From Limnohabitans sp. (GTDB lineage Bacteria > Pseudomonadota > Gammaproteobacteria > Burkholderiales > Burkholderiaceae_C): DNA of 64,000 nt. Both the position numbers and the translations under genes were made by a program. Numbering within the stretch: the first letter of the stretch is position 1; every line of letters starts with the position of its first letter. This document shows, in pieces, positions 1 through 10,274 of this stretch. Location: positions 1,930 to 65,929 of the forward strand of contig NZ_JAOASQ010000017.1 of the NCBI RefSeq assembly GCF_030158565.1. Reading direction: 5' to 3'. The notes beneath the pieces were generated by a model, which ran no database searches, was not told where the DNA came from, and saw nothing but the letters and a program-made list of their open reading frames with translations.

Positions 1-140
1 GGCTTGGCGTGCTTTTTGACGAGGTTCACACCTTCAATCACGAGGTGCGAATCGCTGGCGCGCAGTGACACGGTGCCACGCTTGCCTTTGTCACGACCTG
101 TGATGACGATGATTTCGTCGCCTTTGCGAATCTTGTTCAT
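1..140 (-). CDS. rplX: 50S ribosomal protein L24, N-terminal part (gene runs off the window start)
   Basis: Reverse-strand ATG at 140-138 translates to [46 protein letters not shown], a typical L24 KOW N-terminus. It lies 9 nt downstream of rplN, as in spc operons. Confidence 0.9.
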   Translation of the reverse strand, partial: MNKIRKGDEIIVITGRDKGKRGTVSLRASDSHLVIEGVNLVKKHAK

Positions 141-149
141 GGCGCGTCC

Positions 150-518
150 TTACAGTACTTCAGGAGCCAAGGACACGATCTTCATGAACTTCTCGGTACG
201 CAGTTCACGCGTCACGGGGCCGAAGATGCGGGTGCCGATAGGCTCCAACTTTGCGTTCAGCAACACTGCAGCGTTGCCATCAAACTTAACGAGCGAGCCA
301 TCGCCACGGCGGATGCCCTTGGCTGTACGAACCACCACTGCACTGTAAACCTCGCCTTTTTTGACGCGGCCACGTGGAGCGGCTTCTTTGATGCTCACCT
401 TGATGATGTCGCCAACACTTGCATAGCGACGCTTGGACCCGCCGAGCACCTTGATGCACAGCACGGACTTGGCGCCGGTGTTGTCGGCCACATCCAACCG
501 AGTTTCTGTCTGGATCAT
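150..518 (-). CDS. rplN: 50S ribosomal protein L14
   Basis: 122-aa [36 protein letters not shown]...LAPEVL, essentially the canonical L14 sequence. Confidence 0.97.
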   Translation of the reverse strand: MIQTETRLDVADNTGAKSVLCIKVLGGSKRRYASVGDIIKVSIKEAAPRGRVKKGEVYSAVVVRTAKGIRRGDGSLVKFDGNAAVLLNAKLEPIGTRIFGPVTRELRTEKFMKIVSLAPEVL

Positions 519-663
519 TTCTTTATTCCCAACTTGTATCCCTCACTCAGCAGCCAAAGCCACCAAACAGGAATCAGTCTTGGACCCGTCATCCACACCG
601 CAAACCACTCGCAGCACTTCAGATTGGGCAGATACTTACGCTTTTTGCAAAGCGAAGCCCACG

Positions 664-692
664 ATTCTGTCAGAAAAAAATCGGGGCGTCAA
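664..692 (-). promoter_or_regulatory. Candidate sigma70 promoter for rplN-rplX (spc operon start)
   Basis: Minus strand reads TTGACG (692-687), a 17-nt spacer, then CAGAAT (669-664), with an AT-rich tract upstream. It lies about 145 nt upstream of the rplN ATG. Motif match only. Confidence 0.45.
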
Positions 693-787
693 CAACTTTC
701 ACAAAGAATTTTGGATTGAACCTCATTTAAGTGACTCATTGCGCCTGGAAGGAGCCCTACTTTATTGAATTGAGCGCCATGAATCAC

Positions 788-2287
788 TCAAACCGCCCAT
801 TTTTTGGCGCGGTTCACCGCCTGACGCCATCGCGCCTGACGCTCACTGCGCTGCGAGGCCGTCCATTGCGGTTCAAACCGCCGCTCTTCTTGCCACTGCG
901 CAGAAATTTCGTCGGCACCCGACCAAAAACCAGTGGCCAGTCCTGCCAAATAAGCAGCGCCCAAAGCCGTGGTTTCACTGACCTGGCTGCGCACCACCGA
1001 CACACCCAGCACATCGGCCTGTATTTGCATCAACAAATTGTTCCTGCAGGCGCCACCATCCACCCGCAACTCCTGCAGCAGCAAATCGCTGTCGGCACTC
1101 ATGGCTTGAAAAACATCGGCAGTCTGCAAGGCAATGGCCTCCAGCGCTGCGCGAGCAATGTGGGCACGGGTGGTGCCCCGCGTCATGCCCAGCAAGGTGC
1201 CGCGCGCCTGGCCATCCCAATCAGGGGCACCCAAACCTGCAAAAGCGGGCACCAGGAAGACATCCCCCGTGTCCGCCACACTGGCCGCCAAGGCCTCGAC
1301 CTCGGGCGCACTTTGGATCAGTTGCAAGCCATCGCGCAACCACTGCACCGTTGCGCCCGCCATGAACACCGATCCTTCCAGCGCATACGCTCTGGCATGT
1401 TCAGACGAAGCGGGCCCCTGCCAAGCCACCGTGCTGAGCAAGCGATGCCGGCTGACCACGGGCTTGCTGCCCGTGTTCATCAGCATGAAGCAGCCGGTGC
1501 CATAGGTGTTCTTGGCCATACCGGGCGCAAAACAAGCTTGGCCAAACAATGCGGCCTGCTGATCGCCCGCCCACCCCGCAATCGACACACTCACGCCCAG
1601 CAAAGCGGCCTCGGTTTCTGCCACCACGCCGCACGAGGGCAACACTTGAGGCAAGACCTCTTTCGGGATGCGGAGCATGGCCAGCAGCTCTGGATCCCAG
1701 GCGCCTTGTTTCAAATTGAACAACAAGGTCCGCGAAGCATTGCTGGGGTCCGTGGCATGGACGCGCCCCCCCGTGAGCTTCCAGACCAACCAGCTGTCCA
1801 CAGTGCCAAACGCCAGCTCACCGCGCTCAGCCCTTGCCCGGGCGCCCGGCACATGGTCCAGCAGCCAGGCCAGCTTGGTGCCGGAAAAATACGCATCCAG
1901 CACCAAACCCGTCTTGCGGGCGATTTTGTCGGCCAGCCCGGCTGCACGCAGAGCTTCGCAATGCGCCACAGTCCTGCGGTCTTGCCAAACGATGGCTGGT
2001 GCGACTGGCTCGCCTGTCTGGCGGTCCCAGAGCACCGTGGTTTCGCGCTGGTTGGTCAGGCCAATCGCACGCAACTGCTTGGCCGAGATGCCCGCCCAAA
2101 GCAAGGCTTCTTGCATCACGGCCAGCTGGGTTTGCCAGATCTCATGGGCATCGTGCTCCACCCAGCCGGGCTGCGGGAAATGCTGCGCAAACTCGCGCTG
2201 TGCGATCGCCACGGGCTGGCCAGCCCGGTCAAACACCACCGCACGTGAGCTGGTGGTTCCTTGGTCAATTGAAAGGATGTAGTCCAT
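788..2287 (-). CDS. glpK: Glycerol kinase
   Basis: ORF 788..2404 trimmed to the ATG at 2287 ([20 protein letters not shown]...). It has the FGGY kinase N-terminal motif DQGTTSSR and [11 protein letters not shown], and is about 499 aa. Confidence 0.95.
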   Translation of the reverse strand: MDYILSIDQGTTSSRAVVFDRAGQPVAIAQREFAQHFPQPGWVEHDAHEIWQTQLAVMQEALLWAGISAKQLRAIGLTNQRETTVLWDRQTGEPVAPAIVWQDRRTVAHCEALRAAGLADKIARKTGLVLDAYFSGTKLAWLLDHVPGARARAERGELAFGTVDSWLVWKLTGGRVHATDPSNASRTLLFNLKQGAWDPELLAMLRIPKEVLPQVLPSCGVVAETEAALLGVSVSIAGWAGDQQAALFGQACFAPGMAKNTYGTGCFMLMNTGSKPVVSRHRLLSTVAWQGPASSEHARAYALEGSVFMAGATVQWLRDGLQLIQSAPEVEALAASVADTGDVFLVPAFAGLGAPDWDGQARGTLLGMTRGTTRAHIARAALEAIALQTADVFQAMSADSDLLLQELRVDGGACRNNLLMQIQADVLGVSVVRSQVSETTALGAAYLAGLATGFWSGADEISAQWQEERRFEPQWTASQRSERQARWRQAVNRAKKWAV

Positions 2288-2376
2288 GCCTGCAAGGCTA
2301 ACGCAAACGCCTTGGCACAAACAGCGACAATTCCCGCATTGCGTTTTCCAAGCAGACACCCTAGGGACACACCGAC

Positions 2377-3201
2377 ATGAGCACACCTTCACAACACATC
2401 GCATTCATCGGCGGCGGCAACATGGCCAGCGCCATCATCGGCGGCCTGATCCGCCAGGGCATGAAGCCAGCGCAAATCACCGTGGTGGAGCCCTTTGCAG
2501 AGACCGCCGCCAAACTGCTCAAGGACTTTGGCATCAGCGCACTGCCCTCGGCCAGCCCGGCACTGGCGCAGGCCGACCTGGTGGTCTGGGCGGTCAAACC
2601 GCAGATGTTCAGCGAAGCCGCAGCACCCGTCATGCCCCACACCGGCAAAGCCTTGCACCTGTCGGTGGCCGCTGGCATCCGCACCGACAGCATCAGCCGC
2701 TGGGTGGGCACCGAGCGCGTGGTGCGCTGCATGCCCAACACGCCAGCGCTGGTCGGCCAGGGCATCACCGGCCTCTTTCCCTGCCCCAGCGTCACAGCCG
2801 CTGACAAAGCACTGGTCGAGCAGGTGATTGGCACCACCGGGCAATACCTCTGGGTCGCGCAGGAGTCGCAACTGGACGCCGTGACCGCTCTCTCGGGCTC
2901 GGGCCCGGCTTACGTGTTTTATTTCCTCGAAGCCATGACCGAAGCCGGTGTGGGCATGGGCCTGTCGGCCGAACAGGCCTACCAACTGGCGGTGGCCACG
3001 TTCTCGGGGGCCTCCTCTTTGGCGGCGGCATCGACCGAATCGCCCGAAGTGCTGCGCCAGCGCGTCACCTCCAAAGGCGGCACCACCTATGCGGCCCTGA
3101 CTGCCATGGAGGCGGCTGGCATCAAACCCGCCTTTGTGAAAGCCATGCAAGCGGCCGAGCTGCGCGCCCGCGAGCTGGGCGACGAGTTCGGCAAAGCCTG
3201 A
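2377..3201 (+). CDS. proC: Pyrroline-5-carboxylate reductase
   Basis: 274 aa with a Rossmann N-terminus [17 protein letters not shown] and the C-terminal VTSKGGTT motif typical of ProC. Confidence 0.93.
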   Translation: MSTPSQHIAFIGGGNMASAIIGGLIRQGMKPAQITVVEPFAETAAKLLKDFGISALPSASPALAQADLVVWAVKPQMFSEAAAPVMPHTGKALHLSVAAGIRTDSISRWVGTERVVRCMPNTPALVGQGITGLFPCPSVTAADKALVEQVIGTTGQYLWVAQESQLDAVTALSGSGPAYVFYFLEAMTEAGVGMGLSAEQAYQLAVATFSGASSLAAASTESPEVLRQRVTSKGGTTYAALTAMEAAGIKPAFVKAMQAAELRARELGDEFGKA

Positions 3202-4053
3202 TCAAAGATCGCGGAGAACCACGCCCACAAACACGCTGAAGCCCAGCCAGTGGTTCAGCCGAAAGGCCTGGAAACAGCCCTCGCGGCTGCGCTGGCGGAT
3301 CAAGAGGTAGTGCCACACCACCTGAGCTGCTGACACGGCCCAAGCCAGCCAGAAGCCCACGCCTTGCTGCGGGGCATTGAGCAGCCATGCCCAGATCAAC
3401 AGGTAAGCCACATAAAAACCCATGATGGCGGGCACATCCTGGTCGCCCAAGGTGATGGCCGAGGTTTTCATGCCGATCTTCAAATCATCGTCCCGGTCCA
3501 CCATGGCGTATTCGGTGTCATAGGCCAGCACCCAAAACAGGTTGCCCAACAACAAAGCCCAGGCCAGCAGCGGCACCTGGCCCTGCACCGCGGCGAAAGC
3601 CATCGGGATGCCAAAACTGAACGCCACGCCCAGCACCGCCTGCGGCATCGATACGTAGCGCTTGGCATAGGGATACAGCAAGGTCACCGCCAAAGCGGCA
3701 AATGACCACTGGATGGTGGCAGCATTCGTCGTCAGGACCAGGCCAAACGCACCCAGCGCCAGCACAGCGCCCACCAGCAAAGCTTCCTTGGTGCCAATGC
3801 GCCCGCTCGTCACCGGGCGGTTGGCCGTGCGCTTGACGTGCTTGTCGAAGTCACGGTCGGCCACATCGTTGATGCAACACCCTGCACTGCGCATGAGGAT
3901 GGTGCCCAGGGTGAAGACCGCGATCAGGTGCCAACCCGGAAAGCCGTCCGCAGCCACCCACAAAGCCGCCAGCGAAGGCCAGAGCAACAACAACCAGCCT
4001 GCGGGCCGGTTCCATCGGATCAAATCGAGGTACAGCTTGAGTTTGTCGGTCAT
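3202..4053 (-). CDS. ubiA: 4-hydroxybenzoate polyprenyltransferase
   Basis: ORF 3202..4254 trimmed to the ATG at 4053 ([26 protein letters not shown]...). It has the UbiA prenyltransferase Asp-rich motif NDVADRDFD and is polytopic. Confidence 0.9.
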   Translation of the reverse strand: MTDKLKLYLDLIRWNRPAGWLLLLWPSLAALWVAADGFPGWHLIAVFTLGTILMRSAGCCINDVADRDFDKHVKRTANRPVTSGRIGTKEALLVGAVLALGAFGLVLTTNAATIQWSFAALAVTLLYPYAKRYVSMPQAVLGVAFSFGIPMAFAAVQGQVPLLAWALLLGNLFWVLAYDTEYAMVDRDDDLKIGMKTSAITLGDQDVPAIMGFYVAYLLIWAWLLNAPQQGVGFWLAWAVSAAQVVWHYLLIRQRSREGCFQAFRLNHWLGFSVFVGVVLRDL

Positions 4054-4130
4054 GGGGGAAATTATCTGCGTGAATGCCTTCAGACAGAGACTCACGCCTG
4101 GACGCAGCACCCATCTGAAACTCGGCAGAC

Positions 4131-5153
4131 TCACACCACCAAAGACGCTTCCTGCATCTGCTCGATCTGCTCTTGCAGCATCTGCACCTGGCCGCGCCAG
4201 TAATCGGGCGTGCCAAACCATGGGAAGTTGACCGGAAAGATCGGGTCTTCCCAACGGCGGGCCAGCCAGGCGCTGTAATGGATCAGGCGCAAAGTGCGCA
4301 GCGGCTCGATCAGCTGCAGCTCTGACCGGTCCAAGTCGCGCACCTGTTCGTAGCCCTCGACCAGCGCTGACAACTGTGCGGTGCGTTGACGGCGGTCACC
4401 CGACAAAAGCATCCACAGGTCTTGCACCGCTGGGCCCATGCGGGCATCGTCCAGGTCCACAAAGTGCGGGCCACCACCGGGCAAATCGGTCGGCGTCCAC
4501 AAGATGTTGCCGGGATGGCAGTCGCCATGCAGGCGCAACAGTCGGCGGTGTGCCGCACCTTGCGCCATCTTGTCCTGGATGATGTCCACGGCCTGTGCCA
4601 GTGCGGTCTGCCATTCACGCTCGACTTCCAGCGGGATCATCTGGTGGGTTTGCAGCCACTCGGCCGGCTCCAGCGCAAAGGTCTGCACATCCAACGTGGG
4701 ACGATGCACAAAAGGTCGCGCAGCGCCCACGGTATGGATACGCGCCAGAAAGCGGCCAATCCACTCCAGCACTTCAAAGTCGTCCAGCTCGGGTGTGCGG
4801 CCGCCGCGCAAGGGGCTGACCGAAAAGTCGAACCCGGCGCTGTGGTGCAAGGTCTGGCCACCGATGGTCAGGGGCGCGACCATCGGCACTTCACCCGCCA
4901 CCAGCTCGGCGGCAAAATCATGCTCTTCCTGAATCTGTTCACGGCTCCATCGCCCTGGGCGGTAGAACTTGAGCACCACCGCCTGGTGGCCTTGCTCGGG
5001 CTCGTCCAGGTGCACGCGGTACACGCGGTTTTCGTAAGAGCTGAGTGCCAGCAAACGCCCGTCGGGCCACATGCCCAAATCGGTCAAGGCGTCCATCACC
5101 CGGTCGGGAGTCAGTTCGGCATAGGGGTGCGGTGCGGCGTTGGTGTCGATCAT
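4131..5153 (-). CDS. srkA: Stress-response Ser/Thr kinase SrkA (YihE family)
   Basis: 340 aa. Blocks [25 protein letters not shown] and [20 protein letters not shown] match E. coli YihE as I remember it. Confidence 0.88.
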   Translation of the reverse strand: MIDTNAAPHPYAELTPDRVMDALTDLGMWPDGRLLALSSYENRVYRVHLDEPEQGHQAVVLKFYRPGRWSREQIQEEHDFAAELVAGEVPMVAPLTIGGQTLHHSAGFDFSVSPLRGGRTPELDDFEVLEWIGRFLARIHTVGAARPFVHRPTLDVQTFALEPAEWLQTHQMIPLEVEREWQTALAQAVDIIQDKMAQGAAHRRLLRLHGDCHPGNILWTPTDLPGGGPHFVDLDDARMGPAVQDLWMLLSGDRRQRTAQLSALVEGYEQVRDLDRSELQLIEPLRTLRLIHYSAWLARRWEDPIFPVNFPWFGTPDYWRGQVQMLQEQIEQMQEASLVV

Positions 5154-5215
5154 GCGTCGATTGTGGCGCAGTGGCAGACGACGCTCTCAGGCGGGGTGCC
5201 ATCCTGACCTGCGTC

Positions 5216-5680
5216 ATGAAATCACCCGATCAAATGGGGGAAAATTCATGCATGCGCCAAAACCCACGCCGACTTCACCGCATCATCCAGCAAGGCCTGA
5301 TTTACTCACTGCTCTTGGCCGTGGCCATTTTGGGGCTGGGGGGTGTGGGCTTTTGGATGATTGACCCCCACATCCACACCCTGTCTGACGGTCTGTGGCT
5401 GGCTTTCACCACAGCAGCCACGGTGGGTTTTGGCGATGTGGTGCCCTCCACCCATGCATCGCGGGCTTTCTCGGTGATTGTGGTGCTCTTGGGGCTGGCG
5501 GTGCTGTCGCTGGTCACCGCCTCCCTGTCGGCCATCTTTGTCGAAAAAGAAGTTGAAGCCGAAGAGCGGCAAATTGAAAAAGACCTGATGCACGAAATCC
5601 GTCACCTGCGCCACGAGGTGGCGGATCTGCGACGCGACATTCAAGCGCTGTCGTCAAGCGACCCGACCAGCACTCACTGA
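5216..5680 (+). CDS. Small two-TM potassium channel protein (Ion_trans_2)
   Basis: Selectivity-filter signature TVGFGD lies between two hydrophobic helices, followed by a charged coiled-coil tail. The start is ambiguous: in-frame ATGs at 5216, 5234 and 5252, and the last has a GGGGGA upstream. Confidence 0.8.
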   Translation: MKSPDQMGENSCMRQNPRRLHRIIQQGLIYSLLLAVAILGLGGVGFWMIDPHIHTLSDGLWLAFTTAATVGFGDVVPSTHASRAFSVIVVLLGLAVLSLVTASLSAIFVEKEVEAEERQIEKDLMHEIRHLRHEVADLRRDIQALSSSDPTSTH

Positions 5681-6480
5681 CCGGTAAAACGGGCCGGTCT
5701 TTTCTCGACAAACGAACGCACGCCTTCTGCGGCGTCCTCGCTGTTGGACAGCGTTCTTTGCACCGGAATGAAATCGTGCATCGCCACCAGCGGGCCGTGC
5801 TCCACCGCCTTGAGCACGTTCTGCCGCGTGGCCACCACCGCCAGCGGCGCTTGCGCGGCGATCTGCCCGGCAATGCGCATGGCCTCAGGCAAAAGGTCCG
5901 CCGCTGGCACCACCTTTTGCACAAAGTTCAGGCGCAGGGCTTCGGCGCTGTCAAACACATCGGCCGTGAGCAAGTGCAAGAGCGCGTTGCCCATGCCCGC
6001 CCGCTCGGCCATGCGCAGCGTGGCGCCGCCGGTGGCCATGATGCCGCGCTGCACCTCCAGTTGTGAAAACCGGCAGTCATCCGCCGCCACCACAATGTCG
6101 GCGGCCAGCATCAGCTCGATGCCCAAGGTGTAAGTGATGCCCTGCACCGCCGCGATCATGGGTTTGGTGCGTCGGCGGTAGCCTTCCATGCCCAGGTTGA
6201 GCGGGTCCACCAGGCCCAGCGGCACCGCCTTTTCGCCGCGCTGCATGAGCGGCGCGATGGTGGGCAAGTCCAGCCCGGCCGTGAAATGGTCGCCTGCGGC
6301 GCACAGCACGCCCACGCGCAAGGCAGGATCGTCGTCGAGCCGGGTGTAGGCCTCGCCCAGCTCACGGTACATCTTGGGCGTGAAGCCGTTGCGCTTGGCA
6401 GGGCGGTTGATGCTGATCTGAAGGACTGCACCGTGTACGGTGCAGTCGATCTGGCCTTCGGGGTGGGATGTGGTGCTCAT
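5674..6480 (-). CDS. Enoyl-CoA hydratase/isomerase (crotonase) family protein
   Basis: 268 aa. The pattern INRPAKRNGF...AAGDHFTAGLDL...AAVQGITYTLGIELMLAADIVVAA is the crotonase fold pattern. Confidence 0.85.
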   Translation of the reverse strand: MSTTSHPEGQIDCTVHGAVLQISINRPAKRNGFTPKMYRELGEAYTRLDDDPALRVGVLCAAGDHFTAGLDLPTIAPLMQRGEKAVPLGLVDPLNLGMEGYRRRTKPMIAAVQGITYTLGIELMLAADIVVAADDCRFSQLEVQRGIMATGGATLRMAERAGMGNALLHLLTADVFDSAEALRLNFVQKVVPAADLLPEAMRIAGQIAAQAPLAVVATRQNVLKAVEHGPLVAMHDFIPVQRTLSNSEDAAEGVRSFVEKRPARFTGQ

Positions 6481-6534
6481 GGGCGCATGTTAGGCCCAGA
6501 GCCAATGCCCGAGATACACCGAAGTGACATATCT

Positions 6535-6611
6535 TTGTAGGAGCCCCGCCCTCGGGGCGATGGCTCGTGGTCTGCGAGCGCCCCATCGCGGCGGGGGCGC
6601 CGCTCCCACAA
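6535..6611. repeat. REPIN-like inverted doublet of a 29-nt REP unit (TTGTRGGAGC-hairpin-GATGG)
   Basis: Unit 6535-6563 (TTGTAGGAGCCCCGCCCTCGGGGCGATGG) and the reverse complement of 6583-6611 (TTGTGGGAGCGGCGCCCCCGCCGCGATGG) match at 23/29 positions. Each unit holds its own 6-bp GC hairpin. The 19-nt spacer is also self-complementary. The doublet lies between two minus-strand genes. Confidence 0.6.
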
Positions 6612-6620
6612 CCAGGCAGT

Positions 6621-7475
6621 TCAGTATTTGTAAACGCCCTGTCCGGTCTTGCGGCCCAGACGACCGGCCGCCACCATTTCTTTGAGCAGTGGGCAAGGAC
6701 GGTATTTGCTGTCGCCGAACTCCTTGAGGTAGACCTCCATCACGGCCAGGCACACGTCCAGGCCGATCATGTCAGCCAGCGCCAGCGGGCCGATTGGCTG
6801 GTTGCAACCGAGCTTCATGCCCGCGTCGATGTCTTCGGGCGTGGCCAGGCCTTCGGACAGCACAAACAGCGCTTCGTTGATCATGGGCACCAGGATGCGG
6901 TTGACCACAAAGCCGGGCGCGTTTTTCACGGTGATCGGGGTCTTGCCGAGCGCCGTGGCCAAGGCGTGCACCGCGTCGTGCGTGGCATCGCTGGTTTGCA
7001 GGCCACGGATGATTTCCACCAGCGCCATCATGGGCACGGGGTTGAAAAAATGCATGCCGATGAAGCGGTCGGCGCGCTGCGTGGCGGCGGCCAACTGGGT
7101 GATCGAGATCGACGAGGTGTTGGACGCAATGATCACGTCGGCAGGCAGCATGCCGTCGAGCTGCTTCAAGATCTTGACCTTGAGGTCCTGGTTTTCGGTG
7201 GCGGCTTCAATCACCAACTGGGTGGCCTTGAGGTCTTCATAAGAAGTGCTGCCCTTGATCAGCGCCAAAGCCTTTGCCTTGTCGGCTTCGCTGATTTTTT
7301 CTTTCTTGACCAAACGGTCCAGGCTGCCCGAGACGGTGGCAATGCCTTTGGCCACGGCCGCTTCCGAAATATCAACCATCACCACCGGGATGCCCGACAC
7401 CGCGCACGCCTGTGCGATGCCATTGCCCATGGTGCCTGCGCCAATGATGCCTACGGTCTGGATGCTCATGCTCAA
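6621..7475 (-). CDS. 3-hydroxybutyryl-CoA / 3-hydroxyacyl-CoA dehydrogenase
   Basis: 284 aa with NAD-binding GIIGAGTMGNGIAQ and a C-terminal 3HCDH pattern (GFVVNRILVPMINEA). Confidence 0.9.
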   Translation of the reverse strand: MSMSIQTVGIIGAGTMGNGIAQACAVSGIPVVMVDISEAAVAKGIATVSGSLDRLVKKEKISEADKAKALALIKGSTSYEDLKATQLVIEAATENQDLKVKILKQLDGMLPADVIIASNTSSISITQLAAATQRADRFIGMHFFNPVPMMALVEIIRGLQTSDATHDAVHALATALGKTPITVKNAPGFVVNRILVPMINEALFVLSEGLATPEDIDAGMKLGCNQPIGPLALADMIGLDVCLAVMEVYLKEFGDSKYRPCPLLKEMVAAGRLGRKTGQGVYKY

Positions 7476-7569
7476 TCCTTGAAAGTGTGTGATGGAAATA
7501 AAAGAACGATCTTAGCGGGTGGATGGGGGCGAATTGCTGACACATGCCCCCACAGTGGAGGATGAGGTT

Positions 7570-8382
7570 TCAGCTTCTGAACCGCTTGCGCGTCAGCGCC
7601 AAAGCAATCCAGAACGACACCCCCGCAAACAGCGCCAGCACCAGCACATGGCGCAGTGGCTGGTCTGGCCAGCGGTCCATGAACAGCGGGCGCACCAAAT
7701 CCACCGCCACCGACAGCGGCAGCCAGTCGGCTATCACGCGCACGAACGCGGGCAGTTGATCACGCGGGAAGAAGATGCCCGAGAGGAACATCATGGGCGT
7801 GAGGAACAGGGTGAAGTAGTAGGTGAAGAAGTCGTAGCCCTTTGCCAGCGCGTTGAAGATGAGCGCCATGCAGCTGAAGGTGATGCCCACACCCAGCAGC
7901 ACGGGCCAGGCCACCAGCAGCTTCCAGCTGTGGCTGATGCCTAGGGCGAGCATCACGCCCAAAATGGCCGTCACGGTGAACAACGCTTTGAAGGCGGCCC
8001 AGAGCATTTCGGCCAGCACCACGTCGTCCAGCCGCACCGGGGCGTTCATGATGCCGTCCCAGGTTTTTTGCACATGCATGCGCGAAAACGCAGAATACAG
8101 CGCTTCAAAGGTGGCCGCGTTCATGGCGCTCATGCAGATGCTGCCGCTGGCCAGGTACAGGATGTAAGGCACCTTCTCGCCGCCGAGTTCGATCTGCCCA
8201 ACCAGCGAGCCGAGCCCGTAGCCAAAGGCCACCAGCCACATGAGTGGCTCGGCGATGTTGCCCACCAGGCTGGGGATGGCCAGCTTTTTCCAAACCAGCC
8301 AGTTGCGCTGGAACACGGGCCACCAGCGCATGGACAGGCGGGGCACGGCCCAGATGTTGTTTTGAATTTGGCTCATGTTCAA
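7570..8382 (-). CDS. ABC-2 type exporter permease (NodJ-like)
   Basis: 270-aa polytopic protein that overlaps the upstream ATPase gene by 4 nt. N-terminus WAVPRLSMRWWPVFQRNWLVWKK is typical of the ABC-2/NodJ family. Confidence 0.85.
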   Translation of the reverse strand: MNMSQIQNNIWAVPRLSMRWWPVFQRNWLVWKKLAIPSLVGNIAEPLMWLVAFGYGLGSLVGQIELGGEKVPYILYLASGSICMSAMNAATFEALYSAFSRMHVQKTWDGIMNAPVRLDDVVLAEMLWAAFKALFTVTAILGVMLALGISHSWKLLVAWPVLLGVGITFSCMALIFNALAKGYDFFTYYFTLFLTPMMFLSGIFFPRDQLPAFVRVIADWLPLSVAVDLVRPLFMDRWPDQPLRHVLVLALFAGVSFWIALALTRKRFRS

Positions 8383-9308
8383 CCTTCCTCGCGGATCTGG
8401 CGTCCGGTCAATTTCAGGAACAGGTCTTCCAGGTTGGAAGGTCGGTGCAGCGTGCGCAGGGCAGGCCAGGCTTGCAAGGCCGCCATGAGAGCGCGGCTGT
8501 CGTGGGTGTAGAAGAAAACGGTTTCGCCGCTGACCTCGACACGCCCAGCCAGCGCCTTGAGGCTGCCCTCTTGCGCCAGCGCTACAGCACCTTGACCAAA
8601 CACCTCGACCACTTCGGGCTCCAGGTGCTGGGCGATCAGGTCACGCGGCGTGCCTTCAGCGATCTTACGGCCTTGGTCCAGCACCAGCAGGCGCGAGCAC
8701 AGGCGCTCGGCTTCGTCCATGAAATGGGTGGTGAGCAAGATGGACTTGCCCTCTTGCAGCAGCACCTGCAGCCGCTCCCACATCAGGTGGCGCGCCTGTG
8801 GGTCCAGCCCCGTGGTGGGCTCGTCCAGCATCAAGAGTTGCGGGTGGTTGATGAGGGCGCGGGACAAGCTCAGGCGCCGCTTCATGCCACCCGACAACTC
8901 ACCGGGCTTTGATTTGGCTTTGTGGCTGAGGGCGCCAAACTCCAGCAGTTGCGGAATGCGCTCGCGAATGACCGCGTCGGGCAGACCGAAGTAGCGGCCA
9001 AAGACCAAGAGGTTTTCTTCGGCGGTGAAGTCCGGGTCCAGCGTGTCCATCTGCGCCACTACGCCCAAGCGGGCCTTGATGCTCAGCGCGTCACGCGGCA
9101 TTTGAAGGCCGTCAAAGTAGGCGATGCTGCCACTGTCCGGCTCGGACAAACCCAGGCACATGCGCAGCGTGGTGGTTTTGCCCGCGCCGTTGGGGCCGAT
9201 CACACCCAAGCATTCGCCGGGCTCAATGTGGAAAGACAGGTCATTGACCACCGTAGCGTCGCCGTAGCGTTTGACCAGGTGTTCGACCGAAAGCAATGGG
9301 GTTTTCAT
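8379..9308 (-). CDS. ABC transporter ATP-binding protein (NodI-like)
   Basis: ORF trimmed to the ATG at 9308 (MKTPLLSVEHLVKRYG...). It has Walker A GPNGAGKTT, signature LSGGMKRRL and Walker B LLMLDEPT. Confidence 0.9.
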   Translation of the reverse strand: MKTPLLSVEHLVKRYGDATVVNDLSFHIEPGECLGVIGPNGAGKTTTLRMCLGLSEPDSGSIAYFDGLQMPRDALSIKARLGVVAQMDTLDPDFTAEENLLVFGRYFGLPDAVIRERIPQLLEFGALSHKAKSKPGELSGGMKRRLSLSRALINHPQLLMLDEPTTGLDPQARHLMWERLQVLLQEGKSILLTTHFMDEAERLCSRLLVLDQGRKIAEGTPRDLIAQHLEPEVVEVFGQGAVALAQEGSLKALAGRVEVSGETVFFYTHDSRALMAALQAWPALRTLHRPSNLEDLFLKLTGRQIREEG

Positions 9309-9390
9309 GGCTGGATTGTGCCTGTGCCAGCAACGTCGGGCTGCCCGATAAAATCGGTGCCTTCTTCTGAACCGCCTCAGCGGCCACCAC

Positions 9391-10269
9391 ATGTCCCCTT
9401 CCATTTCTGACCGTCTGGCGGTTTTGCCGCAGTACCTGATTCCCAAACAAGCCCTGACCGCCTTTGCGGGTTGGGTGGCGGGCAGCCAGTGGGGCGGTGT
9501 GACCACCGGCATCATCGACCGCTTTGTGCGTCGCTACAACGTCAATATGGCTGAAGCGGCCAACCCGGACACGGCCAGCTACAAGAGCTTCAACGAGTTT
9601 TTCACCCGCCCGCTCAAGGCCAGCGCACGGCCACTGGCCGATGCGGCTTATGTGAGCCCGGTGGACGGGGCCATCAGCCAGTGCGGCCCAATTGCGGGCG
9701 ATCAGGTGTTTCAGGCCAAGGGCCACAGCTACAGCACACGCGCTTTGGTGGGCGGCGACGCGGCGCTGGCGGCGCAGTTTCAGGACGGTGAATTTGCCAC
9801 GCTCTACCTGAGCCCGCGCGACTACCACCGCATCCACATGCCTTGCGCGGGACGCCTGACGCGCATGATTTACGTGCCGGGGGATCTGTTTTCGGTCAAC
9901 CCGACCACGGCACGCGGTGTGCCCGGCCTGTTTGCGCGCAACGAGCGGGTGGTCTGCGTGTTTGAAGGCGAGCACGGCCCCTTTGTGATGGTACTGGTGG
10001 GCGCGACGATTGTGGGCAGCATGGCCACCGTGTGGCACGGCGTGGTCAACCCACCGCGCCCCGGCCAAGTGCGCGAATGGGCCTACGAGATGGGCAACAT
10101 CAGCTTGGCACAGGGCGAAGAGATGGGCCGCTTTTTGCTCGGCTCGACCGTGGTGATGCTGTTCCCCCAAGGCGTGATTCAATTCAACGCCGACTGGACA
10201 CCCACGCGGCCCATTTGCATGGGCGAGGCGATGGGAGCGTTGAAACAATTGGGATCTGACCCCAATTGA
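9391..10269 (+). CDS. psd: Phosphatidylserine decarboxylase proenzyme
   Basis: 292 aa with the conserved FxLGSTVV self-cleavage motif (FLLGSTVVMLF) and a YHRIHMP block. Confidence 0.93.
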   Translation: MSPSISDRLAVLPQYLIPKQALTAFAGWVAGSQWGGVTTGIIDRFVRRYNVNMAEAANPDTASYKSFNEFFTRPLKASARPLADAAYVSPVDGAISQCGPIAGDQVFQAKGHSYSTRALVGGDAALAAQFQDGEFATLYLSPRDYHRIHMPCAGRLTRMIYVPGDLFSVNPTTARGVPGLFARNERVVCVFEGEHGPFVMVLVGATIVGSMATVWHGVVNPPRPGQVREWAYEMGNISLAQGEEMGRFLLGSTVVMLFPQGVIQFNADWTPTRPICMGEAMGALKQLGSDPN

Positions 10270-10274
10270 TTCAC

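Noticed and set aside
731-2248. 505-aa plus-strand ORF
   Set aside because: It lies entirely antisense to glpK. Its composition is Arg/Ala/Gly/His/Gln-rich and low in complexity, typical of GC3-driven shadow ORFs, with no recognisable motifs.
2312-2330. Sigma54-like TGGCAC in the glpK/proC divergent gap
   Set aside because: The -12 element is absent: the sequence is TGGCAC-N5-GCGAC instead of TTGC. The neighbouring genes are also not typical sigma54 targets.
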